DNA from: Candidatus Uhrbacteria bacterium
Lineage (GTDB): Bacteria; Patescibacteriota; Patescibacteriia; UBA9934
Direction of reading: 5' to 3'
Assembly (NCBI GenBank): GCA_943354605.1
Contig: CALRCK010000005.1
Location: 1 to 53,091 of the forward strand
DNA: 53,091 nucleotides
How positions within the stretch are numbered: position 1 is the first letter of the stretch; every line of letters begins with the position of its first letter. The notes beneath the pieces are model-generated. The model saw only the letters and a program-made list of their open reading frames with translations. It had not been told where the DNA came from and did no database searches. The translations under genes and the position numbers were made by a program. Below are positions 7,698 through 17,426 of this stretch, piece after piece.

Positions 7698-8519
7698 ATG
7701 TTGCTATACTTGGAATATATGGCGAATCCTAAGGAATTGCTCACGCATTTCTCGGTTACCGAAGAGGAAGCAGATATTTACCTCACGGTGTTAAAGCTTG
7801 GCGCCTCAACAGCAACGGAAATTTCGGATAAGGCGAAGAAAAATCGCACGGCGACGCATTTTCATCTCAAGAAACTCGTTGATAAGGATCTCGTGAAACT
7901 CGTAAAGAAGGGTCGGACGTTCGTGTTTAGCGCCGTTGCTCCATCTGAGCTTGCCGCGCGGTTTGATCGGGTAACAACGGATTTCAAGAGTGCGGTTCCG
8001 CAGCTTGAGGCGTTGCAGCAGATTGAGGGGGAGTCGCCACGCGTTCAGGTTCGCGAATCTCGATCCGGATATTTTCAGATATACGATGATATTTCTTCGT
8101 TGCCGGAGAACTCGACGTTCTATGTCATCGAAGGGGCAACGGCGTTGCGGAACGAAATGTCGCTCCTTACTCCGGAGGCAGCGCAGGCGTTTTATGCAAA
8201 GATGGTTGAGCGGAATATTGAGGTGAAGCTCATTCTGACGGAGGAAGCTGCGGCAATTCCGCAGGCGATGATGTCGAGCGAGACGTTGGCGATTTTCAAG
8301 AAACGTCGCATTACAGCCCGCGTTCATCCAGAATTGGTGCTACCGTTCCAGGGATTGACGTTGCTGTACGGGAATACGGTTGCGTACGTTATTCCGGGAA
8401 AAGATATTGTTATCACCATTCGCCAGCAGGATATTGCCGATTCGTTTCAGGCGACGCATGAGGCGTTGTTTCAAACGGGAAAAGAATTCTCGTTCCGTGG
8501 ATCTCGCGAAAACTCATAG
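7698..8519 (+). CDS. TrmB-family HTH transcriptional regulator
   Basis: N-terminal winged HTH (EADIYLTVLKLGASTATEISDKAKKNRTATHFHLKKLVDKDLV). GGGAG lies 6 nt upstream of ATG 7698. An alternative ATG is at 7719. Confidence 0.65.
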   Translation: MLLYLEYMANPKELLTHFSVTEEEADIYLTVLKLGASTATEISDKAKKNRTATHFHLKKLVDKDLVKLVKKGRTFVFSAVAPSELAARFDRVTTDFKSAVPQLEALQQIEGESPRVQVRESRSGYFQIYDDISSLPENSTFYVIEGATALRNEMSLLTPEAAQAFYAKMVERNIEVKLILTEEAAAIPQAMMSSETLAIFKKRRITARVHPELVLPFQGLTLLYGNTVAYVIPGKDIVITIRQQDIADSFQATHEALFQTGKEFSFRGSRENS

Positions 8520-8540
8520 CGCCATGTATCGTCTTTCCAT

Positions 8541-9479
8541 ATGCAATTCACCAGGCCATTCCAGGAGTTGAGCAAAAATGACGTCCATTTGGCCGGGGGG
8601 AAGGGCGCGAGCCTTGGGGAGATGACGCAGGCGGGGATTCCGGTGCCACCGGGCTTCGTTGTTTTGCGCGATGCGTTTGATCGGTTCCTTATTGAAACGG
8701 AGCTGAAGGCGGAGGTGGAGGCGCAGCTCGATAAAGTGAATTACGAGGACGTTGCGAGTGTCGAGCGGGCATCCCGTGTGTTGCACGACCTTATTCACGA
8801 TGCGCGGTTTCCGAAAGATCTGGAGGAGGAGATTTTAATCTCGTTCGCCGCGCTTGATTCAGAATTTGTCGCAGTGCGATCGTCTGCAACGGCAGAAGAC
8901 TCATCGACCGCGAGCTGGGCAGGGGAGCTTGAGAGTTATTTGAATACGACGGAGAAGAATCTGCTCGGGAACGTGAAGAAGTGTTGGGCGAGTTTGTTTA
9001 CGCCAAGAGCAATTGTGTACCGCATGGAGAAGGGGATGCGAGAAACACACGTCTCTGTGGCTGTTGTTGTTCAGAAGATGATTCAGTCCGATGTTGCGGG
9101 AATCGCGTTCACCGTGCATCCCGTCACGAAAGACCACGACCAGATGATCATCGAGGCATGTTGGGGCCTTGGTGAGTTCATCGTCGGCGGAGTGGTGACG
9201 CCGGATTCGTACATTGTGAGCAAGAAAACGAATGGCATCATTGAAAACTACACGTCGGAACAAGACACGATGTTGATTCGCGGCGAACACGGAAACGCAA
9301 CGGTCGACGTTCCATTGGATAAACGTGAAGCACCAAAGCTGAACGCAAAACAGATCGAATCCATCGGCAGCATCTGCATCGCGATTGAAAAACATTACGG
9401 CTTCCCCTGCGACATTGAATGGGCTATGCAGTCGGGGGAGTTTTATATTGTTCAGTCTCGGCCAATTACGACATTGTAA
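8541..9479 (+). CDS. PEP/pyruvate-binding (PPDK_N, ATP-grasp) domain protein
   Basis: LAGGKGASLGEMTQAGIPVPPGFVV, VAVRSSATAEDS and IEWAMQSGEFYIVQSRPIT are PEP synthase / PPDK N-terminal signatures. Confidence 0.8.
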   Translation: MQFTRPFQELSKNDVHLAGGKGASLGEMTQAGIPVPPGFVVLRDAFDRFLIETELKAEVEAQLDKVNYEDVASVERASRVLHDLIHDARFPKDLEEEILISFAALDSEFVAVRSSATAEDSSTASWAGELESYLNTTEKNLLGNVKKCWASLFTPRAIVYRMEKGMRETHVSVAVVVQKMIQSDVAGIAFTVHPVTKDHDQMIIEACWGLGEFIVGGVVTPDSYIVSKKTNGIIENYTSEQDTMLIRGEHGNATVDVPLDKREAPKLNAKQIESIGSICIAIEKHYGFPCDIEWAMQSGEFYIVQSRPITTL

Positions 9480-9508
9480 GCTCTGCGTCAGCCAGCACTT
9501 TGAAGATT

Positions 9509-10099
9509 ATGGATCACATGGCGCTCGAAGAATGGATAGCGGGTTATTCCTCGTTTGTTGAGGGTGTTATTGGCACTTATTTTGACGCTTCGCTAGGATT
9601 TTTCAGGGTTTCTGGCATGATCAGAGATGCTCAGAGGCGTATATTAGAGATTGACAGCGATATGACTGAGTCGCGAATGGATGCATTGTCTTTTATGTAT
9701 TCAGATGGAGATCCTGGAGAGAAAAGTTCCGAAATCCATCATAAAATTACCCAAGGTGAAATGAAGAAGCGCAACAGTCCTGGAGATCGAAATGAAGTAT
9801 TTGTGGCGAATATGGCAATAATTACAATCTATACCGCCTGGGAGGTCGAATACCGTCCAAGAATTGTTGAGCTTCTCGGTCAAGCGGTCACGAGCGACAT
9901 TATGGGTGATTTACGATTTTTACGTCATGCGATTTTGCACAAAAAGGGGATTGCTGACAGTGATGTTGTGCGAAAGAGTAGACTCCTCCATTGGTACAGC
10001 GATGGGGAGCCCATCGTCATTAGTAAAATGCAGCTTTTAGAGCTTCAGAAGCTTATCGGTGAAGACATTTCAAGGATTTCGAAGTTGTTAGTAAGATAA
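9509..10099 (+). CDS. Hypothetical protein with possible HEPN-like R-x4-H motif
   Basis: A 196-aa, lower-GC ORF wedged between the two PEP-enzyme halves. DLRFLRHAILHKKG contains RHAILH (Rx4H) near the C-terminal helices. Confidence 0.35.
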   Translation: MDHMALEEWIAGYSSFVEGVIGTYFDASLGFFRVSGMIRDAQRRILEIDSDMTESRMDALSFMYSDGDPGEKSSEIHHKITQGEMKKRNSPGDRNEVFVANMAIITIYTAWEVEYRPRIVELLGQAVTSDIMGDLRFLRHAILHKKGIADSDVVRKSRLLHWYSDGEPIVISKMQLLELQKLIGEDISRISKLLVR

Positions 10100-10142
10100 G
10101 GGCGTGACAAGTAGCTTTTGTTTAGTATTATTCAAGCGAGCT

Positions 10143-11264
10143 ATGGACCTCTCGACTTTGTACAAAACACAAATTTCGCTGACGGAGTGGTTTCAGCGAA
10201 TGGGATTGGCGAATTCGGAGGCGCACAGGAAGGAGGATAACGCGAAGCGCGAGCGGCTTGCGGTACTGAATGCATATTTTGGGTTGCCGTTTGATCGGCC
10301 GACGCAATTTCCGGCGAGTGAGTTAGTGCATTCGTCACCAAGGTTTGAGGAGTTTTTACAGAATCGCGGAGAAGAGTTGTGTGCGTTGCGGTTAATTCCG
10401 GTTGATCCTGCGTTGCCGAAGCTGAGAACAAGAGGTGCATCCATTGTGGAATCGATGAAGTGGTTTGTCGAACAGGACATCGATCCCGAGCAGTACAAGG
10501 CTGATTTTGTTCCGCACCCGACGGATCACACGTGGTCAACGATTTTCGTCGTCAACCAATATGGCGCATTCGGGCAAATTGTTGCGGGATCGCACAATCA
10601 ACTCACGCAGGGTTTTTATGACGAGGGGACGGAACCGATCACGTTTTCGTGGAACGGAACATCGCTTGAGTGTAATCCGAGGAATGCCGATGCTGAAGCA
10701 CATCTTCTTGAGGTCATCGAGATGCTTCGTGTTACCGACGCTACCATTCGTGAGAAACTCGTCGTCGATTTCGGAGTGAAGTTCTTTGGCGAGTATCTCT
10801 GCGGCTATTTCGAGACTGCATCGTCAAAACAGTTCGGCGTCTGGTTCATCGATTGGAACCGAATCCTCGGCGAAGCGTACGTAGACATAAAATCTCTCCC
10901 CCTTTCGAAGGGGGAGTTGGAGGGGGTTGGAGCGAAGGAGTTACAAGGCCACATCGGTTCCCCCGGTTCCGTCACCGGTCGTGCACGGGTTATCCGTGCC
11001 GCCGATCTTGCTGGTACCGATCTCGAGCCTGGTGAGATCCTTGTTACCGACATGACGACGCCGGATTTTCTTCCTTTGATGATGAAAGCCGGGGGAGTGG
11101 TGACGGCGTGGGGCGGTATTTTGAGCCATGCGTCAATTGTGTGTCGCGAGCTCGGTAAGCCGTGCCTGACGAATGTGAAAGGAGTACTTGAATCGATTCG
11201 TGACGGTGATCTTATCGGCGTTGATGCGCAAGAGGGGAAAGTGACGATAATTTTCCGAGCATAA
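10143..11264 (+). CDS. PEP-utilizing enzyme, mobile (phosphohistidine swivel) domain protein
   Basis: C-terminal GSPGSVTGRARVI...GEILVTDMTTPDFLPLMMKAGGVVTAWGGILSHASIVCRELGKPC is the PEP_mobile signature with the catalytic His. Confidence 0.8.
   Translation: MDLSTLYKTQISLTEWFQRMGLANSEAHRKEDNAKRERLAVLNAYFGLPFDRPTQFPASELVHSSPRFEEFLQNRGEELCALRLIPVDPALPKLRTRGASIVESMKWFVEQDIDPEQYKADFVPHPTDHTWSTIFVVNQYGAFGQIVAGSHNQLTQGFYDEGTEPITFSWNGTSLECNPRNADAEAHLLEVIEMLRVTDATIREKLVVDFGVKFFGEYLCGYFETASSKQFGVWFIDWNRILGEAYVDIKSLPLSKGELEGVGAKELQGHIGSPGSVTGRARVIRAADLAGTDLEPGEILVTDMTTPDFLPLMMKAGGVVTAWGGILSHASIVCRELGKPCLTNVKGVLESIRDGDLIGVDAQEGKVTIIFRA
10894..10926 (+). repeat. Family-A G/C-hairpin mini-element, in frame inside the PEP-mobile-domain gene
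   Basis: ctctccccc-tttcg-aagggggag-ttggaggggg encodes SLPLSKGELEGVG in the linker before the swivel domain. Confidence 0.7.
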
Positions 11265-11272
11265 AACGCACT

Positions 11273-11304
11273 GCGGCCCGACTCTCCGGAGAGAATCGGG
11301 CCGC
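11273..11304. terminator. Bidirectional hairpin between convergent genes
   Basis: A 9-bp stem, gcggcccga / tcgggccgc. Confidence 0.45.
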
Positions 11305-11331
11305 CGTCCTGGCGTGGGTGTCGTCGAACGG

Positions 11332-11928
11332 TCAGGTCGGCATGGCCACCAGCGGGCACTTGAGGTGCTCACTGCTGGTGATGGTCCAACCACTGCCGTC
11401 GTTCGTGAGGGTGTAGCGGACGATGTCCGCGAAGCCGATCTTCCCGATCTCCCACGGCTTCACTGCCGCCATCTCGCAGCCCGGGGCGTGGTAGCCCACG
11501 AGGCCGAAAAGCCGGAGCTTGCCGGGGTTCCGCATTGTGAGCTCGCCGGCGATGTGGATGAGGCCCTGTGTCACGCGTTCGCGGACCGAGAAGCCCTGGC
11601 TCCACTGCTCGATCCAGTCCTTGGCCGTGCCGGAGTCCGCGAGGTGCGGTTCGAGCATGGCGAACTCCGCGAGGAACTCGTCGCCCAGGAGGTGCCCGAT
11701 GAAGAACGCCGGGTGCGGCTCCACGGGGATGTTGTGCTGGTCGAGTGTGAGGAGTGCGTGCCTCACCGTCTCCATCGACCGGTGCTGGTCGGAGCAGTAC
11801 GCTCCGTCCATGGGGGTGTCGATGTAGGTCCGCACGGAGGCGGCTACTTGCCGGAAGCCGAAGAGGGTATTGGCATCCCCCTGCTTCTGGCCGTGCCGCA
11901 TGAGGTCGATGGTCACGGTGAGTTTCAC
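11332..11928 (-). CDS. Histidine phosphatase (phosphoglycerate mutase-like) family protein, GC-rich
   Basis: VKLTVTIDLMRHGQK contains the RHG catalytic motif. GTG at 11928 is preceded by AGGAG. The longer ORF-track N-terminus runs through the tRNA region. Confidence 0.6.
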   Translation of the reverse strand: MKLTVTIDLMRHGQKQGDANTLFGFRQVAASVRTYIDTPMDGAYCSDQHRSMETVRHALLTLDQHNIPVEPHPAFFIGHLLGDEFLAEFAMLEPHLADSGTAKDWIEQWSQGFSVRERVTQGLIHIAGELTMRNPGKLRLFGLVGYHAPGCEMAAVKPWEIGKIGFADIVRYTLTNDGSGWTITSSEHLKCPLVAMPT

Positions 11929-12020
11929 TGGCGCTCCTGAGGTGATTTGGCGCGTCCCGGCGCCGGGGGTGTGAGGTGGGGGAAACGAGGGTGGGGACGA
12001 AAGAATATAGCACAATATGA

Positions 12021-12058
12021 GAAAAAACAAAAATCGCCTCTCAAAAGAGACGATTTTT
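12021..12058 (-). terminator. Terminator downstream of minus-strand tRNA-Gly
   Basis: aaaaatcg..tctc-aaaa-gaga-cgattttt hairpin, followed on the minus strand by gtttttt. Confidence 0.55.
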
Positions 12059-12059
12059 G

Positions 12060-12134
12060 TGGAGCGGGTAGCGGGAGTCGAACCCGCATCTCGAGTTTGG
12101 AAAACTAGAATAATAACCGCTATACGATACCCGC
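12060..12134 (-). tRNA. tRNA-Gly(UCC), CCA encoded
   Basis: Minus-strand sequence GCGGGTA..CTAGT-TTTCCAA-ACTCG..GCGGG-TTCGACT-CCCGC-TACCCGC-T-CCA. C2-G71, G3-C70 and U73 fit Gly identity. Confidence 0.75.
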
Positions 12135-12235
12135 AAATCCTGAGAATTTGCAGAAAGAGTGTATCAAACGTGTGTGTATCTTTCAAGAAAAATGTACGAA
12201 AGAGGCTATACTGGGGTCAATCTTTATTTTTATGT

Positions 12236-15200
12236 ATGGCTTTGAAGCACGTCGTTTCCGGGATTTTCGTAGTGTTCGTGTGTGCCCTCCCTTCCTTCTT
12301 CGCTCACGCCGCAACACCGACAGCAACGCTCGACACGACTGGTCCAACCGTCAGCCTCGTGACTCCTCGAACTGCAATTGTTGGAACAGCAGTGACATTT
12401 TCTGTCACTGCTGCTGATACCAACGGCGTAAAGTCGTGTGACCTGGTGCTCATCAACAGCGCGAATGTTGTGACGAAAACTGCAATGACCGTTACGACGG
12501 GTGCTGCAGGAACCACGGCGAGCGTTGCGAAAACATTTACCGAAGCTGGAACGTTTGGTGTGTCTGCAGCGTGTATGGATACCGGAGGGAACCTCACGAA
12601 GGGAACGTTTGCGACATTGACGGTCACTGCTGCATCAACTACCGGAACCACGACCACCACTACAACAACCACGCCTTCGAATACAAATACCGGATCGACG
12701 ACAACCACACCAACAACTACCACGACAACAACGACTACGCCATCGAATTCGAACACTGGAACGACGACGACAACAACCGATAACGCTGCGCCGAAGGTTG
12801 GATCGATAAGTCCGCTCACGGCAATCGTCGGGACCGCGCAAACATTTTCCGCATCGGCGACCGATGACAGTGGAACGGTGTCATCGTGCAATTTTGCACT
12901 CACGAGCCCCACGGGAGCAGTACAGAATATTCCGATGACCGTTGCATCTGCTGTCGCGTCGCTCTCATTTACGTTCAAAACTGCAGGAAGCTTCACTGCG
13001 TTGGCATCGTGCAAAGACGCTCTTGGCAAAGTGGGTACAGGAACCGTCGTTACGATTGTGGTTTCGTCGCCATCGACGGATTCCACAACTCCGAGCACCA
13101 ATACGACATCTCCTTCAACGGGATCGACGACAACACCGTCGAATACCACCACTACACCAACGACAACCACAACTACCACGCCAGCAACGACAACTACTGC
13201 ACCAAAGACCGATACCGTTGCACCACAGGCTGGCATTATTTCTCCACTCACGGCAATAACGGGAACTGCGCAGCCATTTACCGCCATTGTTTCGGACGAC
13301 AGCGGTGTGGTGTCGTCGTGTGTACTTCTCCTCACAAACAGCGCTGGAACCGTTGAGAAGGTTCCGATGACTCTTGCGACAGTTGCGACGAAAGGTATAT
13401 CGGCGAGCGTTTCGTTCACATTCAAGAATATTGGTAATTACGGAGCGGTTGCATCCTGTAAGGACGCTGCAGCGAATATTGGGAACGGGAAATCTGCCAC
13501 GGTCGTGGTGACTGCACCAACGTCCTCGACCACGCCAAACACAAATACCACGTCACCATCCACAACGACTCCTACAACAGGATCGACCACGCCATCGAAT
13601 ACCACAACGCCAGGGACAACAACAAACACAAATACGGACACCGCCATCGATTCTGCTGCACCAGTTATTGGTGCGATGAGCCCAACTTCGGCGATTGTTG
13701 GAACCGTGGTGACGCTTTCTTCCACCGTCACTGATGCGAGCATGATTGCGTCCTGTGTGCTTTTACTCACGAATAGCACAGGAACAACGGAGAAGATTCC
13801 GATGTCGTTGAAGTCGTCCACCACGGGCATGACCGCATCTGTTCCATTCACGTTTAAGGCCGCTGGAAATTTCGGCGCTGCCGCAACGTGTAAAGATAGT
13901 GCGGGGAACATTGGGACGGGAACATCCGTGACGATTGTGGTGAAGGCGTCGACAACGGATGCCACGACACCGGGCACGACAACAGCTCCGTCCAACACGA
14001 CTACGACCCCGGTGCCATCGACTGGAACGACGGCTCCATCGAACACGACGACAACAGCTCCAGCGACGCCGAGTACAAATACGACCACGCCGGGTACCTC
14101 GACGACCGCACCAAAAACGGATACTGCAGTCCCGTCCACTACGACCACAGCTCCATCGAATACAAACACGACAACCCCATCGACCACCACTACTGCACCC
14201 GCAACGACCACTCCAGTTGCAACATCTACAGATACGGTGATGCCTACCGTTGGTTCGCTTTCACCAACGGAAACCACTACAGGAGTTGTGACAACGTTCT
14301 CAGCATCGGTGAGTGATGACGCGGGGGAGACGGGATTAAAGTGTGCAATGGTGATTTCTCTTGGCAGAACCCCGGTAGCGAAAATTCCGAGCACGATTGC
14401 AAGCGGTATGGCATCGTCTGCATACAAATTCATGAAATCAGGATCGTACACCGGATCGGTATTGTGCGAGGATGCTGCGAAAAACCGTGGCATGGGTGCT
14501 GAAGCAACCATTGTGGTGAGCGATGCAGCGGCAACGACATCGAATACATCGACAACGACCACGACAACAACAGCTCCTTCAACGACAACTGCACCATCGA
14601 ATACAAACGCTGGAACAACCACTCCTTCGACAACTACAGGATCTACGACATCGACCACAACAGCCACGACAACGACAACCTCCACTGCGGATAGTACTGC
14701 ACCAGTGATCGGTAATGTGATGCCACGGAATGCCACGGTGGGGATCCCCGTCGTCATCAGTGCCGTCGTGAGTGACGCGGTTGGCGTGACGAGTTGTACA
14801 TATGCTTTGGATACTGTCGATCATGGCGCGATGATGCTCGGAAACGGCATGGCGCAAGCAAAATATTCGTTTATCAACGTTGGAGACCACTCAATTATCG
14901 TATTTTGCGCTGATGCAGCGAACAATGTAGGAAAGAGCACGGAAATGTTTATTCGGGTGAGTGAAAAGAAGGACGCACTTGCGCCGATTGTGGGAACATT
15001 GCCACCGGTTCAGGCGATTGCAGGGTCCCCAGTGACAGTGTCGACCACATATAGTGATAACGTTGGTGTGACGGTGTGTACCGTGTATCTTGATGCTGTG
15101 GATGCCGGTGCAATGGCATTGGCAAACGGTATGGCGACGTCATCCATTACGGTGAGCAAGGAGGGATCGCATACCCTGTACGTTGGATGCGTCGATGCCG

Positions 15201-16363
15201 CTGGGAACGTTGGTGCGAGCCCTTCGGCGACGACGATTGATGTTGTAGCAACGACTGGGGATCTGACCGTGCCAACCATCGGATCGATCAGTCCAGTAGT
15301 GGCGACGCAGAACTCCACGGTGACGTTTACGGTTTCGGTGAGCGATGATTCCGGCGTTTCGCAATGTCATCTCTTCATCGATGGTGCCGATCAGGGTGGA
15401 ATGAAATACGACGCTGCAACGCAGATGTTCAGCCGATACTACACGTTTGCACATAGTGGAACGTTCCCACTCTATGCCGATTGCGCTGACACGGTGGGAA
15501 ATCATGGCACCGGTCCTTCCACGGACGTTGTGGTAGCTGTAGCGACTGAAACGAAAACAGATGTGATTGCGCCGAGTGTTGGGATTATCACCCCAACAAC
15601 CGCTATTGCAACGATTGCTACTACGCTCTCCGCTGCGGTTGATGACAGCGTTGGGGTTGTGAGCTGTGAATTGTACGTGGATAGCGTGGATGTTGGTGCG
15701 ATGACGGTTGCCAACGGCACGGCGTCGTTCTTGTATACCTTCGCTACTGCTGGAACTGCAGCAGCAAACGCCTATTGTAAGGACGCTGCAGGAAATGCTG
15801 GACGAGGATCGTCGTCATACATCATTGTTGAGGATGCATCGGCGGCAATTGTGCCGGTTGCAGAAGTAGTGTCGAATACGGATGCATCAGCTGATCCAGG
15901 AAACCTCATCAAGCTCGCATGTTACAGTAATTCGGATGTGAACGATCCATGTAAAGCGGTGTATTACTACGGTGCAACGGATGGCATGCGTCATGTGTTC
16001 CCAAGTGAGGGGGCATTCATGACGTGGTTTGTAAATTTTGACGATGTCGTGATTGTGTCCGACGACTTCATGCAGTCCATTCCGCTTGGAACGAGCGTGG
16101 TCTATCGCCCTGGAGCACGATTGGTGAAGTTCGAGTCCTTGAAGACCGTGTATGCGGTGACGAAAGGTGGAGTGTTACGAGCAATTGATAGCGAAGAAAC
16201 CGCTGCATCGATATACGGAAAGGATTGGAATACACTTGTGGACGTTATTTCCGACGCGTTCTTTAGCAAATATCATTTCGGCGAGCCAATTACGGATGCT
16301 ACTGGGTATGATCCAGATGCAGAAAAGGAAGCAGTAAAAACAATCGACGCAAACTTAGAGTGA
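12236..16363 (+). CDS. Giant secreted surface protein: signal peptide, 9 Ig-like Cys-pair repeats, poly-Thr/Ser/Pro linkers, conserved C-terminal domain
   Basis: MALKHVVSGIFVVFVCALPSFFAHA signal peptide. Repeat unit D-x-x-A/V-P-x-V/I-G-x-I/S-P-x-x-A-x-x-G-T...SDD-x-GV-x-SC...C-x-DAAGN-x-G. Linkers such as TTTTTTTTTPSNTNTGSTTTTPTTTTTTTTTPSN. Confidence 0.8.
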   Translation: MALKHVVSGIFVVFVCALPSFFAHAATPTATLDTTGPTVSLVTPRTAIVGTAVTFSVTAADTNGVKSCDLVLINSANVVTKTAMTVTTGAAGTTASVAKTFTEAGTFGVSAACMDTGGNLTKGTFATLTVTAASTTGTTTTTTTTTPSNTNTGSTTTTPTTTTTTTTTPSNSNTGTTTTTTDNAAPKVGSISPLTAIVGTAQTFSASATDDSGTVSSCNFALTSPTGAVQNIPMTVASAVASLSFTFKTAGSFTALASCKDALGKVGTGTVVTIVVSSPSTDSTTPSTNTTSPSTGSTTTPSNTTTTPTTTTTTTPATTTTAPKTDTVAPQAGIISPLTAITGTAQPFTAIVSDDSGVVSSCVLLLTNSAGTVEKVPMTLATVATKGISASVSFTFKNIGNYGAVASCKDAAANIGNGKSATVVVTAPTSSTTPNTNTTSPSTTTPTTGSTTPSNTTTPGTTTNTNTDTAIDSAAPVIGAMSPTSAIVGTVVTLSSTVTDASMIASCVLLLTNSTGTTEKIPMSLKSSTTGMTASVPFTFKAAGNFGAAATCKDSAGNIGTGTSVTIVVKASTTDATTPGTTTAPSNTTTTPVPSTGTTAPSNTTTTAPATPSTNTTTPGTSTTAPKTDTAVPSTTTTAPSNTNTTTPSTTTTAPATTTPVATSTDTVMPTVGSLSPTETTTGVVTTFSASVSDDAGETGLKCAMVISLGRTPVAKIPSTIASGMASSAYKFMKSGSYTGSVLCEDAAKNRGMGAEATIVVSDAAATTSNTSTTTTTTTAPSTTTAPSNTNAGTTTPSTTTGSTTSTTTATTTTTSTADSTAPVIGNVMPRNATVGIPVVISAVVSDAVGVTSCTYALDTVDHGAMMLGNGMAQAKYSFINVGDHSIIVFCADAANNVGKSTEMFIRVSEKKDALAPIVGTLPPVQAIAGSPVTVSTTYSDNVGVTVCTVYLDAVDAGAMALANGMATSSITVSKEGSHTLYVGCVDAAGNVGASPSATTIDVVATTGDLTVPTIGSISPVVATQNSTVTFTVSVSDDSGVSQCHLFIDGADQGGMKYDAATQMFSRYYTFAHSGTFPLYADCADTVGNHGTGPSTDVVVAVATETKTDVIAPSVGIITPTTAIATIATTLSAAVDDSVGVVSCELYVDSVDVGAMTVANGTASFLYTFATAGTAAANAYCKDAAGNAGRGSSSYIIVEDASAAIVPVAEVVSNTDASADPGNLIKLACYSNSDVNDPCKAVYYYGATDGMRHVFPSEGAFMTWFVNFDDVVIVSDDFMQSIPLGTSVVYRPGARLVKFESLKTVYAVTKGGVLRAIDSEETAASIYGKDWNTLVDVISDAFFSKYHFGEPITDATGYDPDAEKEAVKTIDANLE

Positions 16364-17341
16364 ACGGACAACCCATCGATTGTTTGGGAGTTTCTCCATT
16401 TTGGCATTTGGCACCTTAAATCCGGCAGCGAATTTGTGACCGCCGCCGCCGTATAACCGTTCAGCAATTGCTGCGACATTTTTTGTGCGCGCTCGAGCGC
16501 TGCCTTTCACTGCGCCGTCCTCAGTTTCGCGGTACACCACAATAACATCGTGGCTTTCATTGAGGACCGCGTTGAGAAACTCGGAGACGACGCCGGCGAT
16601 GCTCTCAATCTCCTCGGGCGTTGCACCGAGATCGGTAATGTCCTTGCGCGTGACGACGGTCGCAATGCCGCCGAAGGATTCATCGATGAACAGTCGTTCG
16701 AGGGCAATTCCCCAAATGCGGAGAAAGTTTGTGGATTTATTTACGTAGTTTGCGCGAATAATGTCCTGAAGTTTTGCGCCGTGCTTTACGAGCTCGGCTG
16801 CTGCTGCAATGGCCGCGTTTGTGGTATTCGCAGAGAAGAATACTTGTGTGTCGGTGATGATCCCGGTGAGAAAACACTGCGCAGCGTTCGGGGTAATCGG
16901 ATATTGTACATGTTGTACAAAACGCCAAACCACATCGGCGGTGCTGGCTGCGGTAGGTTCGATGACGTTTGTGGTGCCGTAGTTGGGATTCGTGAGGTGG
17001 TGGTCGAACGAGATGAGGGGAACTTTACGTGCCATCTTTGCAAGGATTGGGGGGAGGTACGCCCCGTCGGAGCAGTCGCAGACGATGGCAAGGTCGATGG
17101 AGGATTGCGCGAGGACGTCGTGGTCGCGATGAATGACGTCAATCATCGGAAGATAGGAAAATGTCTTTGGAAGTGGTTTTGGAGAAAACACGTCCACACG
17201 CTTTCCAAGGTTCGTGAGGGTGTGAAAGAGCCCCATGGTTGAACCGAGCGTGTCGCCGTCTATTCGCTCGTCGGTGAGCAAAAGAATATGCTCCGCCCGG
17301 GCAATCTGTTCTGCAATATGTTGGACGACAATGGTGTTCAT
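16355..17341 (-). CDS. nrnA: DHH/DHHA1 phosphoesterase (NrnA-like oligoribonuclease / pAp phosphatase)
   Basis: DGDTLGS, DHHLTN and GGGGHKFAAGF motifs. Start taken at MNTIVVQ. Confidence 0.75.
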   Translation of the reverse strand: MNTIVVQHIAEQIARAEHILLLTDERIDGDTLGSTMGLFHTLTNLGKRVDVFSPKPLPKTFSYLPMIDVIHRDHDVLAQSSIDLAIVCDCSDGAYLPPILAKMARKVPLISFDHHLTNPNYGTTNVIEPTAASTADVVWRFVQHVQYPITPNAAQCFLTGIITDTQVFFSANTTNAAIAAAAELVKHGAKLQDIIRANYVNKSTNFLRIWGIALERLFIDESFGGIATVVTRKDITDLGATPEEIESIAGVVSEFLNAVLNESHDVIVVYRETEDGAVKGSARARTKNVAAIAERLYGGGGHKFAAGFKVPNAKMEKLPNNRWVVRSL

Positions 17342-17426
17342 ACCAAGGAGTAAGTGTACGTTGATGGGCAAAAGAAGACAAGAATCGCAAAGGCCGCCAA
17401 ACTCTGGCGGCCCCCGTGGTGCGTGT

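Noticed and set aside
7682-7710. TTGACG-17-TATACT as a promoter giving a leaderless TrmB-family mRNA starting at ATG 7719
   Set aside because: An upstream in-frame ATG (7698) with a well-spaced GGGAG Shine-Dalgarno overlaps the putative promoter. The two models are mutually exclusive, and I cannot decide between them from sequence alone.
12640-14700. Possible CRISPR array suggested by periodic short repeats
   Set aside because: The periodicity comes from coding Thr/Ser/Pro linkers and Ig-module repeats inside one ORF. There is no direct-repeat/unique-spacer organisation. I saw no CRISPR array or cas gene anywhere in the window.
12304-14890. Long minus-strand ORFs (373, 439 and 103 aa) and internal plus-frame ORFs within the giant surface-protein gene
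   Set aside because: They are antisense or out-of-frame readings of ACN/GTN-rich Thr/Val repeat DNA (poly-V/G peptides). The plus frame has a signal peptide and a coherent domain structure.
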